Part shown: positions 28,544-41,409 of the stretch, one piece after another | Numbering within the stretch: position 1 is the stretch's first letter | Layout of the letters: every line of letters starts with the position of its first letter | From: Alphaproteobacteria bacterium | GTDB taxonomy: Bacteria; Pseudomonadota; Alphaproteobacteria; Rhizobiales; Methyloligellaceae | DNA length: 64,000 bases | Direction of reading: 5' to 3' | Assembly: GCA_016869535.1 (NCBI GenBank) | Contig: VGDX01000011.1 | Span: 23,932 to 87,931 of the forward strand | The notes under the pieces: generated by a model | Seen by the model: the letters and a program-made list of their open reading frames with translations, nothing else | Told to the model about the DNA's origin: nothing | Database searches by the model: none | Program-made: the position numbers and the translations under genes

Positions 28544-29929
28544 ATGTCTGAAACCGTAAAGATCATCACCCCCATTGACGGCTCGGTCTATGCCGAGCGT
28601 CCCGTCGCCCGTGATGCGGAAATCGAATCTGCCGTCACGGCGGCGCGCGCTGCGCTCCCTGCCTGGCGTAGCGCACCGGTCGCCGAGCGCGCGCGGTATA
28701 TGATTGCTTTCCTCGACGCCCTCATTGCCATGAACGATGAGATCGCCGTCGAGCTCGCCTGGCAAATGGGCCGTCCCGTGCGCTATGGCGGTGAGAAGAG
28801 CAGCGTGGAAGATCGCGTCCGCGGCATGGTGGCTCTCGCGGAGGAGGCACTGAAGCCCTATTACCCGCCGGAGAAACCCGGCTTCCGCCGCTATATCGCC
28901 CGTGAGCCGCTTGGCATCGTGCTGGTCGTCGCGCCGTGGAATTATCCCTACCTCACCTCCGTCAACACCATCGTGCCGGGCCTCATCGCCGGCAACGCCG
29001 TCATCCTGAAACATGCGACGCAGACCCTTCTTGTCGGCGAGCGGATCGCCGAGGCCTTCAAGCGCGCGGAACTCCCGAAGGGGGGGCTGTTCAGCAATCT
29101 CGTGTTGACACATGCGCAATCCGAGAAGCTGATCGGTTCGGGCCGTGTCGACCATGTCGCCTTCACCGGCTCGGTCGGCGGTGGCCGCGCCATAGAGCGG
29201 GCCGTGGCCGGCACGTTTGCTTCGACCGGGCTCGAACTTGGCGGCAAGGATCCAGCTTACGTCCGCGCCGACGCCAAGCTGGATCACGCCATCGAGAATC
29301 TAGTCGACGGCTCGTTCTTCAATTCCGGGCAGTCCTGCTGCGGCATCGAGCGCATCTATGTCGATGCGAAAGTGTTCGACGACTTCGTCGACGGCTTTGC
29401 CACGCTCACCAAGCAATATGTGGTCGGCAATCCGCTCGATCAGGCGACGATGCTCGGTCCGCTGGTGCGTGGTGCCGCGGCTGATGCCGTACGCGCGCAG
29501 ATCGACGAAGCCAAGCGCAAGGGCGCCAAGGCACTCATCAATATGCAGGTCGAAGGCGACCGCCCCGGCTCCCCCTATCTCGCGCCCGAAGTGCTGGTGA
29601 ACGTCAATCACCAGATGGAGGTGATGCGCGAGGAGAGCTTCGGCCCCGTGGTCGGCATCATGAAGGTGCGCGACGACGAGGAGGCGATCACCCTGATGAA
29701 TGACAGCCCCTATGGGTTGACGGCCTCGATCTGGACGCGCGACATGGACCGCGCCGCCGAGCTTGGCGGCCGCGTCGAGACCGGCACCGTGTTCATGAAT
29801 CGCTGCGACTATCTCGATCCGCAGCTCGCCTGGACCGGCGTAAAGGACACCGGCCGTGGCGTCTCACTGTCGAAATACGGCTTCGATTCGCTCACCCAGC
29901 CGAAGAGTTTTCACCTCCGCGAAGTCTGA
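28544..29929 (+). CDS. Aldehyde dehydrogenase
   Basis: PWNYP, FTGS, LELGGKD, catalytic GQSCCG and EESFGP. Confidence 0.93.
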   Translation: MSETVKIITPIDGSVYAERPVARDAEIESAVTAARAALPAWRSAPVAERARYMIAFLDALIAMNDEIAVELAWQMGRPVRYGGEKSSVEDRVRGMVALAEEALKPYYPPEKPGFRRYIAREPLGIVLVVAPWNYPYLTSVNTIVPGLIAGNAVILKHATQTLLVGERIAEAFKRAELPKGGLFSNLVLTHAQSEKLIGSGRVDHVAFTGSVGGGRAIERAVAGTFASTGLELGGKDPAYVRADAKLDHAIENLVDGSFFNSGQSCCGIERIYVDAKVFDDFVDGFATLTKQYVVGNPLDQATMLGPLVRGAAADAVRAQIDEAKRKGAKALINMQVEGDRPGSPYLAPEVLVNVNHQMEVMREESFGPVVGIMKVRDDEEAITLMNDSPYGLTASIWTRDMDRAAELGGRVETGTVFMNRCDYLDPQLAWTGVKDTGRGVSLSKYGFDSLTQPKSFHLREV

Positions 29930-29952
29930 TTTTTCTACATTGGATCAAGGAC

Positions 29953-31125
29953 ATGACCGTACCGACCGCCAACTGGAGCTATCCGACCGCCATCCGCTTC
30001 GGCCCCGGCCGCATCAAGGAGCTGGCCGAGGCCTGCAAGAGCGCCGGCATCAATCGCCCGCTCCTCGTCACCGACGCCGGCCTCGCCAAGCTGCCGATCA
30101 CGCAACAGACACTCGACCTGATCAAGGCGGCGGGCATGAAGGTGGCGATGTTCGCCGACGTGCAGCCGAATCCGGTCGACGCTAATGTCGATGCGGGCAT
30201 CGCCGTCTACCGCGACGGCAAGCATGACGGCGTGATTGCCTTTGGCGGCGGCTCGGGCCTCGACACCGGCAAGGTCATCGCCTTCATGGCCGGGCAGACG
30301 CGGCCGCTGTGGGATTTCGAAGACATTGGCGATTGGTGGACGCGGGCAGATCCCGACAAGATCGCGCCGGTCGTCGCCGTGCCGACCACCGCGGGCACCG
30401 GCTCGGAAGTCGGTCGCGCCGGCGTCATCACTCAGGAATCGACGCAGACCAAGAAGGTCATCTTCCATCCCAAGATGATGCCCAAAGTGGTGATCTGCGA
30501 TCCCGAATTGACCGTCGGCATGCCGCCCGCCATCACCGCGGGCACCGGCATGGACGCGCTGGCGCATTGTCTCGAAGCTTATTGCGCCCCGAGCTACCAC
30601 CCCATCGCTGAAGGCATCGCGGTCGAGGGCATGCGTCTCGTCTTCGCCTATCTGCCCAAAGCCGTGGCCAATGGAAACGATCTCGAGGCGCGCGCCCATA
30701 TGATGAGCGCGGCGGCGATGGGGGCGGCTTCTTTCCAGAAGGGTCTCGGCGCCATCCACGCGCTGTCGCATCCGGTGGGCGCGCTCTATCACACGCATCA
30801 CGGCATGACGAATGGCGTGTTCATGCCCTATGTGCTCGTCTTCAATCGCCAGGCGATCGAACCGAAGATCGAGCGATTGGCGGGCTTCCTTGAAATTCCG
30901 GGCGGCTTCGACGGCTTCCTCAAGGCGGTACTCGACCTGCGCAAAAAGATCGGCGTGCCGCACGACCTCACCGGCCTCAAGGTCGATGGCGGCAAGGTCG
31001 AAACCATCGTCGAGATGGCGGTGGTCGATCCGACGGCGGGCGGCAATCCGGTGCCTGTGACCAAGGATGGTGCGCGCAAGCTATTCGAGGCAGCGTTGAA
31101 AGGCGACGTCGCCGCCGCGGCATAG
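29953..31125 (+). CDS. Iron-containing alcohol dehydrogenase
   Basis: GGGSGLD, PTTAGTGSE, DALAHCLE, IHALSH and HHG metal ligands. Confidence 0.93.
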   Translation: MTVPTANWSYPTAIRFGPGRIKELAEACKSAGINRPLLVTDAGLAKLPITQQTLDLIKAAGMKVAMFADVQPNPVDANVDAGIAVYRDGKHDGVIAFGGGSGLDTGKVIAFMAGQTRPLWDFEDIGDWWTRADPDKIAPVVAVPTTAGTGSEVGRAGVITQESTQTKKVIFHPKMMPKVVICDPELTVGMPPAITAGTGMDALAHCLEAYCAPSYHPIAEGIAVEGMRLVFAYLPKAVANGNDLEARAHMMSAAAMGAASFQKGLGAIHALSHPVGALYHTHHGMTNGVFMPYVLVFNRQAIEPKIERLAGFLEIPGGFDGFLKAVLDLRKKIGVPHDLTGLKVDGGKVETIVEMAVVDPTAGGNPVPVTKDGARKLFEAALKGDVAAAA

Positions 31126-31127
31126 GC

Positions 31128-33566
<2,439 letters not shown>

Positions 33567-33765
33567 GCACCGAATATGGCGGCGCGGCGGGGACTTGGCT
33601 AGTGCCGGGAGCGCCGACCCGGCCAGATCCTAACGTCTCAGAGGCGGTAAAAGATCGCGCTGATCGTGAAGGCGACCACGCAAGCCGCCGCGGCAAAGCC
33701 AAAGTTGAGCTTCAGGTTACGGTTTCCGCTAGAGCAGGGCGCTTCCGGCGCAAGGTGAAGCTAGT

Positions 33766-34560
33766 ATGGAAATGATCAAAATCGTCGATCAGATACCGCT
33801 CTGGGTGGCGCTCGTTGCCGTCACCGGGGTTGCGATCCTCTATAGCGTCGGCCTCATGCTACTGACGCGGTATATCTATGGCCGGGACCGCCTGAGCCTT
33901 AACAATGAGGTCGCCGGGTTCAAATTCGCGGTAATCGGCGTGTTCTACGGGCTGCTGTTGGCCTTTGTGGTTATCGCTGTTTGGGAAGAATTCCAGAGCA
34001 CCGTAACCGCGGTGCGCAATGAGGCCAAGGCCGTCGTCGATCTGCATGAGATTGCCCGCGCCTTGCCAGAGGAGGACGGAAAGAAAATCCACGAGCGTCT
34101 TTTGGCCTACGTAGACGGTGTCCTAACAAAGGAATGGCCGGCGATGGCCCTAGGCGAGCACAGCAAAGAGGTGTCTGAAGCGCTGGCCCAGCTCAGCAGG
34201 ACGGTATTCGAAGTACATCCTCAAGATCAGCGGGAATTGGCTCTCTATCAGGACACACTCAGACTGTTGGCCTTGATCGCCGACAACCGGACAGAACGCC
34301 TGGACAACGCTAATGGGTCGGTGCCGGGAATCCTCTGGTTTGTCCTCATTATCGGCGGGATCGTGACGCTGGCCTATCCGGCCTTCTTCGCTTCTACGAG
34401 CATCGGCGCGCAGACATTGATGACGGCGGCACTCGCCGGCTTGGTCGCGCTTGCGCTCCTGATTGCGCTCATGTTCGACTTTCCTTTCACCGGGGACGTA
34501 CGGATGTCCACCCACCCGTTCGAAGAGGCGAAACTTAAGATGGACACGCCAGTTCCTTGA
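33766..34560 (+). CDS. DUF4239-like membrane protein
   Basis: NNEVAG, GVFYGLLLAFVVIAVWE and C-terminal DFPFTGDV pattern, several TM segments. Confidence 0.7.
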   Translation: MEMIKIVDQIPLWVALVAVTGVAILYSVGLMLLTRYIYGRDRLSLNNEVAGFKFAVIGVFYGLLLAFVVIAVWEEFQSTVTAVRNEAKAVVDLHEIARALPEEDGKKIHERLLAYVDGVLTKEWPAMALGEHSKEVSEALAQLSRTVFEVHPQDQRELALYQDTLRLLALIADNRTERLDNANGSVPGILWFVLIIGGIVTLAYPAFFASTSIGAQTLMTAALAGLVALALLIALMFDFPFTGDVRMSTHPFEEAKLKMDTPVP

Positions 34561-34728
34561 CCGACTCCGAGCGCGGGAAGGCCGCTCGCCAAAATGCCAC
34601 TTTCTCTTGCGATCAATGTTTGGACAAAAAACTTATCGCGGGGACAACAAGACTGAATTAGGAAATGTCATGCAGGCACGTCCGCAGAGAGCGGACAGTG
34701 CGCAGCAGTTCAGGATCGGAGCAGAGCC

Positions 34729-35226
34729 ATGGCAACGAAAAAGAGTGGGAAGAAGCGCACAACGAGTAAAAAAACATCCGCCCGCAAGAGCATGAAACGT
34801 GCGGGTGCCAAAAAGGCGGCGCCAAAGCGTAAGGCTGGGGCCCGCAAGACGACGAAGAAGCGAGTGAGTGCTCGCAAAGCTACCGCCAAAAAGACAAGCG
34901 CGAAGAAGGCCACGGCGCGCAAAGCCGCTAAGAAACCGGCCCGGAAGACAGCAGTCCGTAAAAAGGCCGCTCCCAAGCGTAAAGTAGCGAAGGCGCCTGC
35001 GCCTAGACCCGCTGCTGCCCCGATGAAGCCGGCGATGCCCGCTGCTCCGGCTCCAGCCCGCCCCATGACGCCACTAGCCGACAGCGGTTTCGCGACGCCA
35101 CGTCCCCCCTTGGCGGGTGGGTTCTCACCGAGCATGCCGAGTGGCGCGCCGCGACAAGCGACGCCGGACCAAGCGCCGCGTCAGCCCTATCGTCCATCTT
35201 GGGCGAGGGACGACGACGACGTCTAG
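34729..35226 (+). CDS. Histone H1-like Lys/Ala/Arg-rich protein
   Basis: About 90 aa of KK/ARK/AAKK repeats, then a Pro/Ala tract and acidic end RDDDDV. GGAG upstream. Confidence 0.75.
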   Translation: MATKKSGKKRTTSKKTSARKSMKRAGAKKAAPKRKAGARKTTKKRVSARKATAKKTSAKKATARKAAKKPARKTAVRKKAAPKRKVAKAPAPRPAAAPMKPAMPAAPAPARPMTPLADSGFATPRPPLAGGFSPSMPSGAPRQATPDQAPRQPYRPSWARDDDDV

Positions 35227-35325
35227 GAATAATGCCTATTTGAGTAGAGAGGGCCGGTGGCAGCGCCGGCCCTTCTTGTACCGAAAGACCTCCCAGCTCA
35301 CGTCCGACACACAATAGAGGCATCC

Positions 35326-35697
35326 ATGACGGCCGCCGCGCCAATCATCAATCCGGGACTTTGGCCCTATGTCTTACCGGTCCTGCTGCTTGTCTGTTCG
35401 AACCTGTTCATGACCTTCGCCTGGTACGGCCATCTCAAGTTCAAAAGCGTTCCGTTGATCACTGTGATTCTGGTGAGTTGGGGCATTGCCTTCATCGAGT
35501 ATTGTTTCGCTGTGCCCGCCAACCGGCTCGGAAGTGCGGTCTATTCGCCGGCCGAACTCAAAACCATCCAAGAGGTCATTACGCTTGCCGTCTTCGCGGG
35601 CTTCACGGCCTTCTATTTCAATGCGCCGCTTACCTGGACCCAGGGCGCGGGTTTCGTCCTGATCGCGTCCGGCGCGATGCTGGTCTTCCGCGGCTAG
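35326..35697 (+). CDS. DMT-superfamily protein (DUF486-like)
   Basis: SNLFMTFAWYGHLK, SWGIAFIEY, VPANR and LKTIQEVITL. Confidence 0.85.
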   Translation: MTAAAPIINPGLWPYVLPVLLLVCSNLFMTFAWYGHLKFKSVPLITVILVSWGIAFIEYCFAVPANRLGSAVYSPAELKTIQEVITLAVFAGFTAFYFNAPLTWTQGAGFVLIASGAMLVFRG

Positions 35698-35869
35698 GGA
35701 TGAGGTGCTCGTTAAACGCTGGAGGTGTCGAGTGCATGTTCAACCCTCCCGCTCTGTTGACGTGCGGACTGTAATCGGTTTGGGTGAAAAAGCGGGCCGT
35801 CCGCTTATGGGATGGACCGAAACGGGGGTCTCGGCGGTTTAAAATTTGGTGCTGAAGGGAGGTGGATTC

Positions 35870-36601
35870 ATGAGTCCATTGATGCGGTTGGTGCTTGGGA
35901 TTGCCGCCCTTTTGGCGATCTTGGCGGCCGTTTCTATCGCGCTTCCGGGCCACGTGTCGGTCTCGCGGTCGGTGGTCATTAATGCACCGGAATCCGCCGT
36001 CTACCCCTATCTCAATACCATGCGCAATTTCAGCGATTGGGCGCCTTGGCGCATCCGCGATCCCAATCTGCAGATGACCTTTTCCGGTCCCGCTCAGGGC
36101 AAGGGCGCGCATGTCGATTGGGTGAGCGGGTCGGGATCGATCGGCACGGGCAGCATGGAGATCGTCGACGGCGATCCCAACCGCAGCATTGATCTCGCCG
36201 TCAATTTCAACGGCGTGGAAGGCACGAGCGCCTATACGCTTGTACCATCAGGCTCGGGCAGCAAGCTCAGTTGGAGCTTCAGCTACGATACGGGGATAAA
36301 CCCGCTCAAGCGTTGGCGAGGGGTTATGCTCGATAATCTGATCGGTCCGGATTACAGCGCCGGGCTCAATAAACTGAAGGCGAATATCGAAGAAACGCGG
36401 CGTCCGATGGCGCCGGCAACCGCGCCAGGCGCCACATTACCCGGCCAGCTACCGGCGCATGGTCAAACCGAGACGACTGTACCCCTGGCACCGGCTCCTA
36501 CTGCTCAGCCAGCGCCTCAGGCTGCACCCGCGCAACAAACCGCGCCAGCCGAACCCGCGCCGCCGGCTCCCGAGCCTCGGCCACAGCGCCAACAACGCTA
36601 G
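35870..36601 (+). CDS. SRPBCC/polyketide-cyclase-family protein with N-terminal anchor and Pro/Ala/Gln tail
   Basis: VSRSVVINAP, WAPW and IGPDYSAGLNKLK. Confidence 0.82.
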   Translation: MSPLMRLVLGIAALLAILAAVSIALPGHVSVSRSVVINAPESAVYPYLNTMRNFSDWAPWRIRDPNLQMTFSGPAQGKGAHVDWVSGSGSIGTGSMEIVDGDPNRSIDLAVNFNGVEGTSAYTLVPSGSGSKLSWSFSYDTGINPLKRWRGVMLDNLIGPDYSAGLNKLKANIEETRRPMAPATAPGATLPGQLPAHGQTETTVPLAPAPTAQPAPQAAPAQQTAPAEPAPPAPEPRPQRQQR

Positions 36602-36606
36602 ACGGT

Positions 36607-37224
36607 TTAGAGTTTCTGCTCGCCGGCCGGTGCCGATGTCTCCGGCAACTCATCCGGTGTCGCCTGAATGATGAGATGTTGCGAGCCGGCGATGCAAGGA
36701 TCGAGCGGCCAGCAGGTCACGAGCGAAACCTCAGAATCGCCGAGTTCGGGATCGGGATCCTGAAGATGGGGATCGACCACCCGGCGTCCGGTCACGCGGT
36801 AGATATGAGAGGATCCGTCGGCGGCCGTGACAGTGATGCGATCGCCAACCGCCACGTCACGAAGATCTTTGTCCGATTTACCGAGTTCGGTGCCGGGCAG
36901 GGGGCCTAACCAGGGTTGCCCCTGCTCATCGGGCCCCAAGATCATCGCGGCACTCAAACCGAGCCGCGGTACCTTGGCGTTCGGCACGAAAGTGGGATCT
37001 TCCCATGGCCAAGCCGCCTGTTCGGTTTGGCCCGAAAGAACCTTGTTCCATGCGCTCTGATGCAGCAACTGGCCGAGGCCGGTCCGTTCCATCAACGGGA
37101 AGCTGTCGCCCACTTGGGCGAGCCCGGCCAGGACTGCGACTGCAGCCACAGCACCAATCACGGCCGTTCGCTTGCGCGCGCGGGAAGAAAGGAGGAGGAA
37201 CTGAACCGACCCCCGTTTCGGCAT
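36607..37224 (-). CDS. Class GN-like sortase homologue, degenerate active site
   Basis: N-terminal TM, AW...WPW, VPRLG, GDRITV...YRVTG..VVD and LVTCWP. The AGHRD segment is absent. Confidence 0.7.
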   Translation of the reverse strand: MPKRGSVQFLLLSSRARKRTAVIGAVAAVAVLAGLAQVGDSFPLMERTGLGQLLHQSAWNKVLSGQTEQAAWPWEDPTFVPNAKVPRLGLSAAMILGPDEQGQPWLGPLPGTELGKSDKDLRDVAVGDRITVTAADGSSHIYRVTGRRVVDPHLQDPDPELGDSEVSLVTCWPLDPCIAGSQHLIIQATPDELPETSAPAGEQKL

Positions 37225-37492
37225 CAGATCCTCCTCCAAATCCGCCGCGGGGAGGCATGGTCGCGGCGGTGGCAACGCCGGGTATACGGCGTCACCGCGC
37301 TTAGGAGAGCGAACATGGAGAATTTCGCCGAGAGAATCGGGGTATGGAAAACGGCCAATTGCAGCGGGAAGCGCAGTGCTTGGCGTCGCCTGGACATCGA
37401 CTCAGTCCCTCGATCTTCGGCGCGAACCGTAAGGCAAGCATGTCAATAGGGCGGTGCTTTAACCGGATTGTGGCCGCCGCGTGGCACCGAAG

Positions 37493-37518
37493 GGAACTGC
37501 GGAGCCGGGGTGCAAGTT
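37493..37518 (+). promoter_or_regulatory. Putative EcfG/sigmaT general-stress-response promoter
   Basis: GGAAC-N17-AGTT ending 46 nt upstream of the yciF ATG. Confidence 0.55.
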
Positions 37519-37564
37519 AGCCAGACATTTCCCCATCTCCCATACCCAAGGAGCCTGCACTGCC

Positions 37565-38056
37565 ATGACCGCCACCAAGTCGCTAGAAGACCTCTTCGTC
37601 AATCTACTCAAGGACATGTACTACGCTGAGAAGCAGATCCTGAAGGCGCTGCCGAAGATGGCCAAGAAGGCCGATTCCACCGAGCTGCGTCAGGCTTTTG
37701 AACACCATCTCAAGGAGACCGAAGGTCAGGTGAAGCGCCTGGAAGAGGTCTTCGGTCTCTGCGACCTCAAGCCTGCCGGCAAGACCTGTCCGGCCATCAA
37801 AGGCCTTCTCGAGGAAGGCGAGGAGGCCATGAAGAGCGCCAAGGATCCCGATGTGCTCGATGCTGGCATGATCGCTGATGCCCAAGCCGTCGAGCATTAC
37901 GAGATCGCCCGTTACGGGACGATGATCGCTTGGGCAAAACAGCTCGGTATGACCGATGCGGCGTCTCTCCTCCAAGAAAATCTCGATCAGGAATATGGTG
38001 CCGACCGTCTCCTGACCGATCTGGCCGAAGGACGGCTGAACCGCGAGGCAGCCTAG
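37565..38056 (+). CDS. yciF: Ferritin-like DUF892 protein
   Basis: LKDMYYAEKQ, HLKETEGQ and QAVEHYEIARYG. Confidence 0.9.
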   Translation: MTATKSLEDLFVNLLKDMYYAEKQILKALPKMAKKADSTELRQAFEHHLKETEGQVKRLEEVFGLCDLKPAGKTCPAIKGLLEEGEEAMKSAKDPDVLDAGMIADAQAVEHYEIARYGTMIAWAKQLGMTDAASLLQENLDQEYGADRLLTDLAEGRLNREAA

Positions 38057-38197
38057 CGGTTCCCAACACGCATTGCCGTCACATTGAGCAGCCGCGGGCC
38101 GAACGCCGCGGTTTGCATCATTTGCACCAGGAGGCTTGCGGGCTGATCGCGCCCATGCTTTAGGGTGCACGCGCGTTCGTCCGCTCGCTCGCTTTAA

Positions 38198-39418
<1,221 letters not shown>

Positions 39419-39453
39419 TCGATAGGCATCGCTCACGCGCAGCGGAGGCGGAC

Positions 39454-39678
39454 ATGGACGTCAAGTTCAGCAAGCTCAGCACCGGCAATCAGATCGAGGG
39501 CAAAATTATGGAGATCCGCAAGGGCGCGGTAACCGCCATCGTCTATGTGCAGATCGCCGGCGACACCATGATACAGGCGAGTGTCACCATCGCCACGCTT
39601 GAGAGCCTCGGCCTTTACGAAGGCAAGTCGGTGGCGCTTATCATCAATCCGACGGATATCATCATCGGTTGCGAATAG
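39454..39678 (+). CDS. TOBE/Mop-like small protein
   Basis: NQIEGKI..I.KGAVTA and LGLYEGKSV match the Mop fold. Confidence 0.75.
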   Translation: MDVKFSKLSTGNQIEGKIMEIRKGAVTAIVYVQIAGDTMIQASVTIATLESLGLYEGKSVALIINPTDIIIGCE

Positions 39679-39701
39679 CAGCCTTCGGGCGTTGTTCAGC
39701 C

Positions 39702-40112
39702 ATGACGCTGGCCTTTACCCATTGTGCGCTGCATGTGCGCGATCTTGACGAGTCGATCGCTTTCTACAGCCGCTATTGCGGGCTCGAGATCGTCAAGGCG
39801 CATGGCGAGGGCGAGGGGCGTGTTGTGTGGCTCGCCACGCCCGGTGAGGCGCGCAACTTCGTTCTGGTGCTGCTCGGCGGTGGGCCTGAGCGCATGCAGG
39901 ACAAGGACGACATGACCCATTACGGCTTCGGCGTTCCTGCCCGCGAGGATATCGACAGGATCGCCGCCCGCGCCAAGGAAGAGGGGCGCCTGCACTGGGA
40001 ACCGCGCGACTACGCGCCGCCCACCGGCTATCTCTGCGGCGTGCGCGATCCGACCGGATATGTTGTAGAATTTTCTCACGGCCAGCCGCTCGGCCCGCAT
40101 CGCCAGGACTAG
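39702..40112 (+). CDS. VOC/glyoxalase-family protein
   Basis: THCALHVRDL..SIAFY, HYGF and DPTGYVVE. Confidence 0.88.
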   Translation: MTLAFTHCALHVRDLDESIAFYSRYCGLEIVKAHGEGEGRVVWLATPGEARNFVLVLLGGGPERMQDKDDMTHYGFGVPAREDIDRIAARAKEEGRLHWEPRDYAPPTGYLCGVRDPTGYVVEFSHGQPLGPHRQD

Positions 40113-40125
40113 GGGTACGACGTCG

Positions 40126-41397
40126 ATGGAATATCAGGAGCTTCTCGATGTCGCCGGCAAATTCGCCACCGCCATCCTGCTTGGCGCCCTGGTCGGCATC
40201 GAGCGCGAGAAACGCAAAGAGGAAGAGGATGACGAAGCAAGCGATACCGCCGGTTTGCGAACTTTTAGCCTGCTTGCTCTGTTCGGGGCTGCAACCGGCT
40301 GGCTGGCGCACGAGACCGCTTCTTTTTGGATCCCGGCCGCGGGTCTCGCCATCGTCGGTGTCTTCGTAGTTGCTGGTTATATCGTTTCGGCGCGGTCCAA
40401 TCCGACAGCGACCGGCCTTACCACCGAACTCGCAGCCGTCGTCGTATTTCTCCTGGGGGCGATGGTTACGCTTGGCTATGCCGTACTGGCGGTGGGTCTC
40501 GGTGTCGTGACCGCCGCGGTCCTCGCCTACAAGGTCCCGTTACACGGATTCGTCGCCAAGCTCGGCTGGGACGACGTCTATGCCGGCTTGCGGCTATTAA
40601 TCGCGACCTTCATCGCCCTGCCGCTCCTGCCTAATGAGCCGATCGATCCGTGGGGCGCGCTCAATCCCTACACGCTCTGGCTACTCGTGATCCTGATCTC
40701 GAGCCTGTCATTGGTCGGCTACGTGCTGACGCGATTGCTGGGTCCGGCGCAGGGCATTGCCCTCACCGGATTGACCGGTGGGCTCGTGTCATCGACGGCC
40801 GTCACCCTGTCATTCGCCAAGGATGCCAAGGAAAATCCCAAAAATAACAAAGCTTTGAGCTCCGGTATCCTGCTCGCCTGGGCCGTCATGTTCGTGCGTG
40901 TCATCGTATTGGTCGCCGTCGTCAACCGCACGCTGCTTCCTTATGTGGTCGCGCCATTCGGGCTTATGGCGGCGGCAGCCGGCGCGTTCGCGGCGTGGCA
41001 GTATTTTCACAGTGCCAAGAAAGGCGTGGCCAAAGGCACTCTGAATGTCCGGAACCCGTTCAGCCTCACCGCGGCGGCGAAATTCGGCGTGCTCTTTGCT
41101 GTCGTCCTGCTCGCCGTCAAGATCGTGCAAGAACACTTTCCGCCGAGTGGACTCTACGCTGTTGCCGCTCTGGCCGGGCTGACCGATGTCGATGCCATAA
41201 CGCTCTCGATGGCGGAATTCGCCAGGAGCGGAGAGGCGAGTATCGCCGTAATTGCCATCGTCATCGCGGCGATCGCCAATACGCTGGTGAAATGCGCCAT
41301 GGCCTTCGTGATTGCCGGTCCGGCATTCGGCAAGATGCTGCTCGCCCCTACGGTCGTGACCCTTGCCGCCGGACTCGCCGTTGCATTTTTGCTCTGA
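40126..41397 (+). CDS. MgtC/SapB-family membrane protein with DUF4010
   Basis: GALVGIERE, AGLRTF, GLTTE, GGLVSSTAVT and GLTDVDAI. Confidence 0.88.
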   Translation: MEYQELLDVAGKFATAILLGALVGIEREKRKEEEDDEASDTAGLRTFSLLALFGAATGWLAHETASFWIPAAGLAIVGVFVVAGYIVSARSNPTATGLTTELAAVVVFLLGAMVTLGYAVLAVGLGVVTAAVLAYKVPLHGFVAKLGWDDVYAGLRLLIATFIALPLLPNEPIDPWGALNPYTLWLLVILISSLSLVGYVLTRLLGPAQGIALTGLTGGLVSSTAVTLSFAKDAKENPKNNKALSSGILLAWAVMFVRVIVLVAVVNRTLLPYVVAPFGLMAAAAGAFAAWQYFHSAKKGVAKGTLNVRNPFSLTAAAKFGVLFAVVLLAVKIVQEHFPPSGLYAVAALAGLTDVDAITLSMAEFARSGEASIAVIAIVIAAIANTLVKCAMAFVIAGPAFGKMLLAPTVVTLAAGLAVAFLL

Positions 41398-41409
41398 ACG
41401 ATCAGCGTC

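Noticed and set aside
33638-33760. Minus-strand hydrophobic stretch (NRNLKLNFGFAAAACVVAFTISAIFYRL*) upstream of uvrB
   Set aside because: It is bounded by a stop, with no ATG/GTG/TTG or SD before the helix. At most a gene remnant.
36440-36601. LPAHG in the SRPBCC protein tail as an LPxTG-like signal for the adjacent sortase homologue
   Set aside because: No hydrophobic segment follows the motif, so it is not a sorting signal, and the sortase looks inactive.
40126-41397. MgtC as a virulence factor
   Set aside because: The long DUF4010-fused form is a widespread environmental subfamily distinct from Salmonella MgtC.
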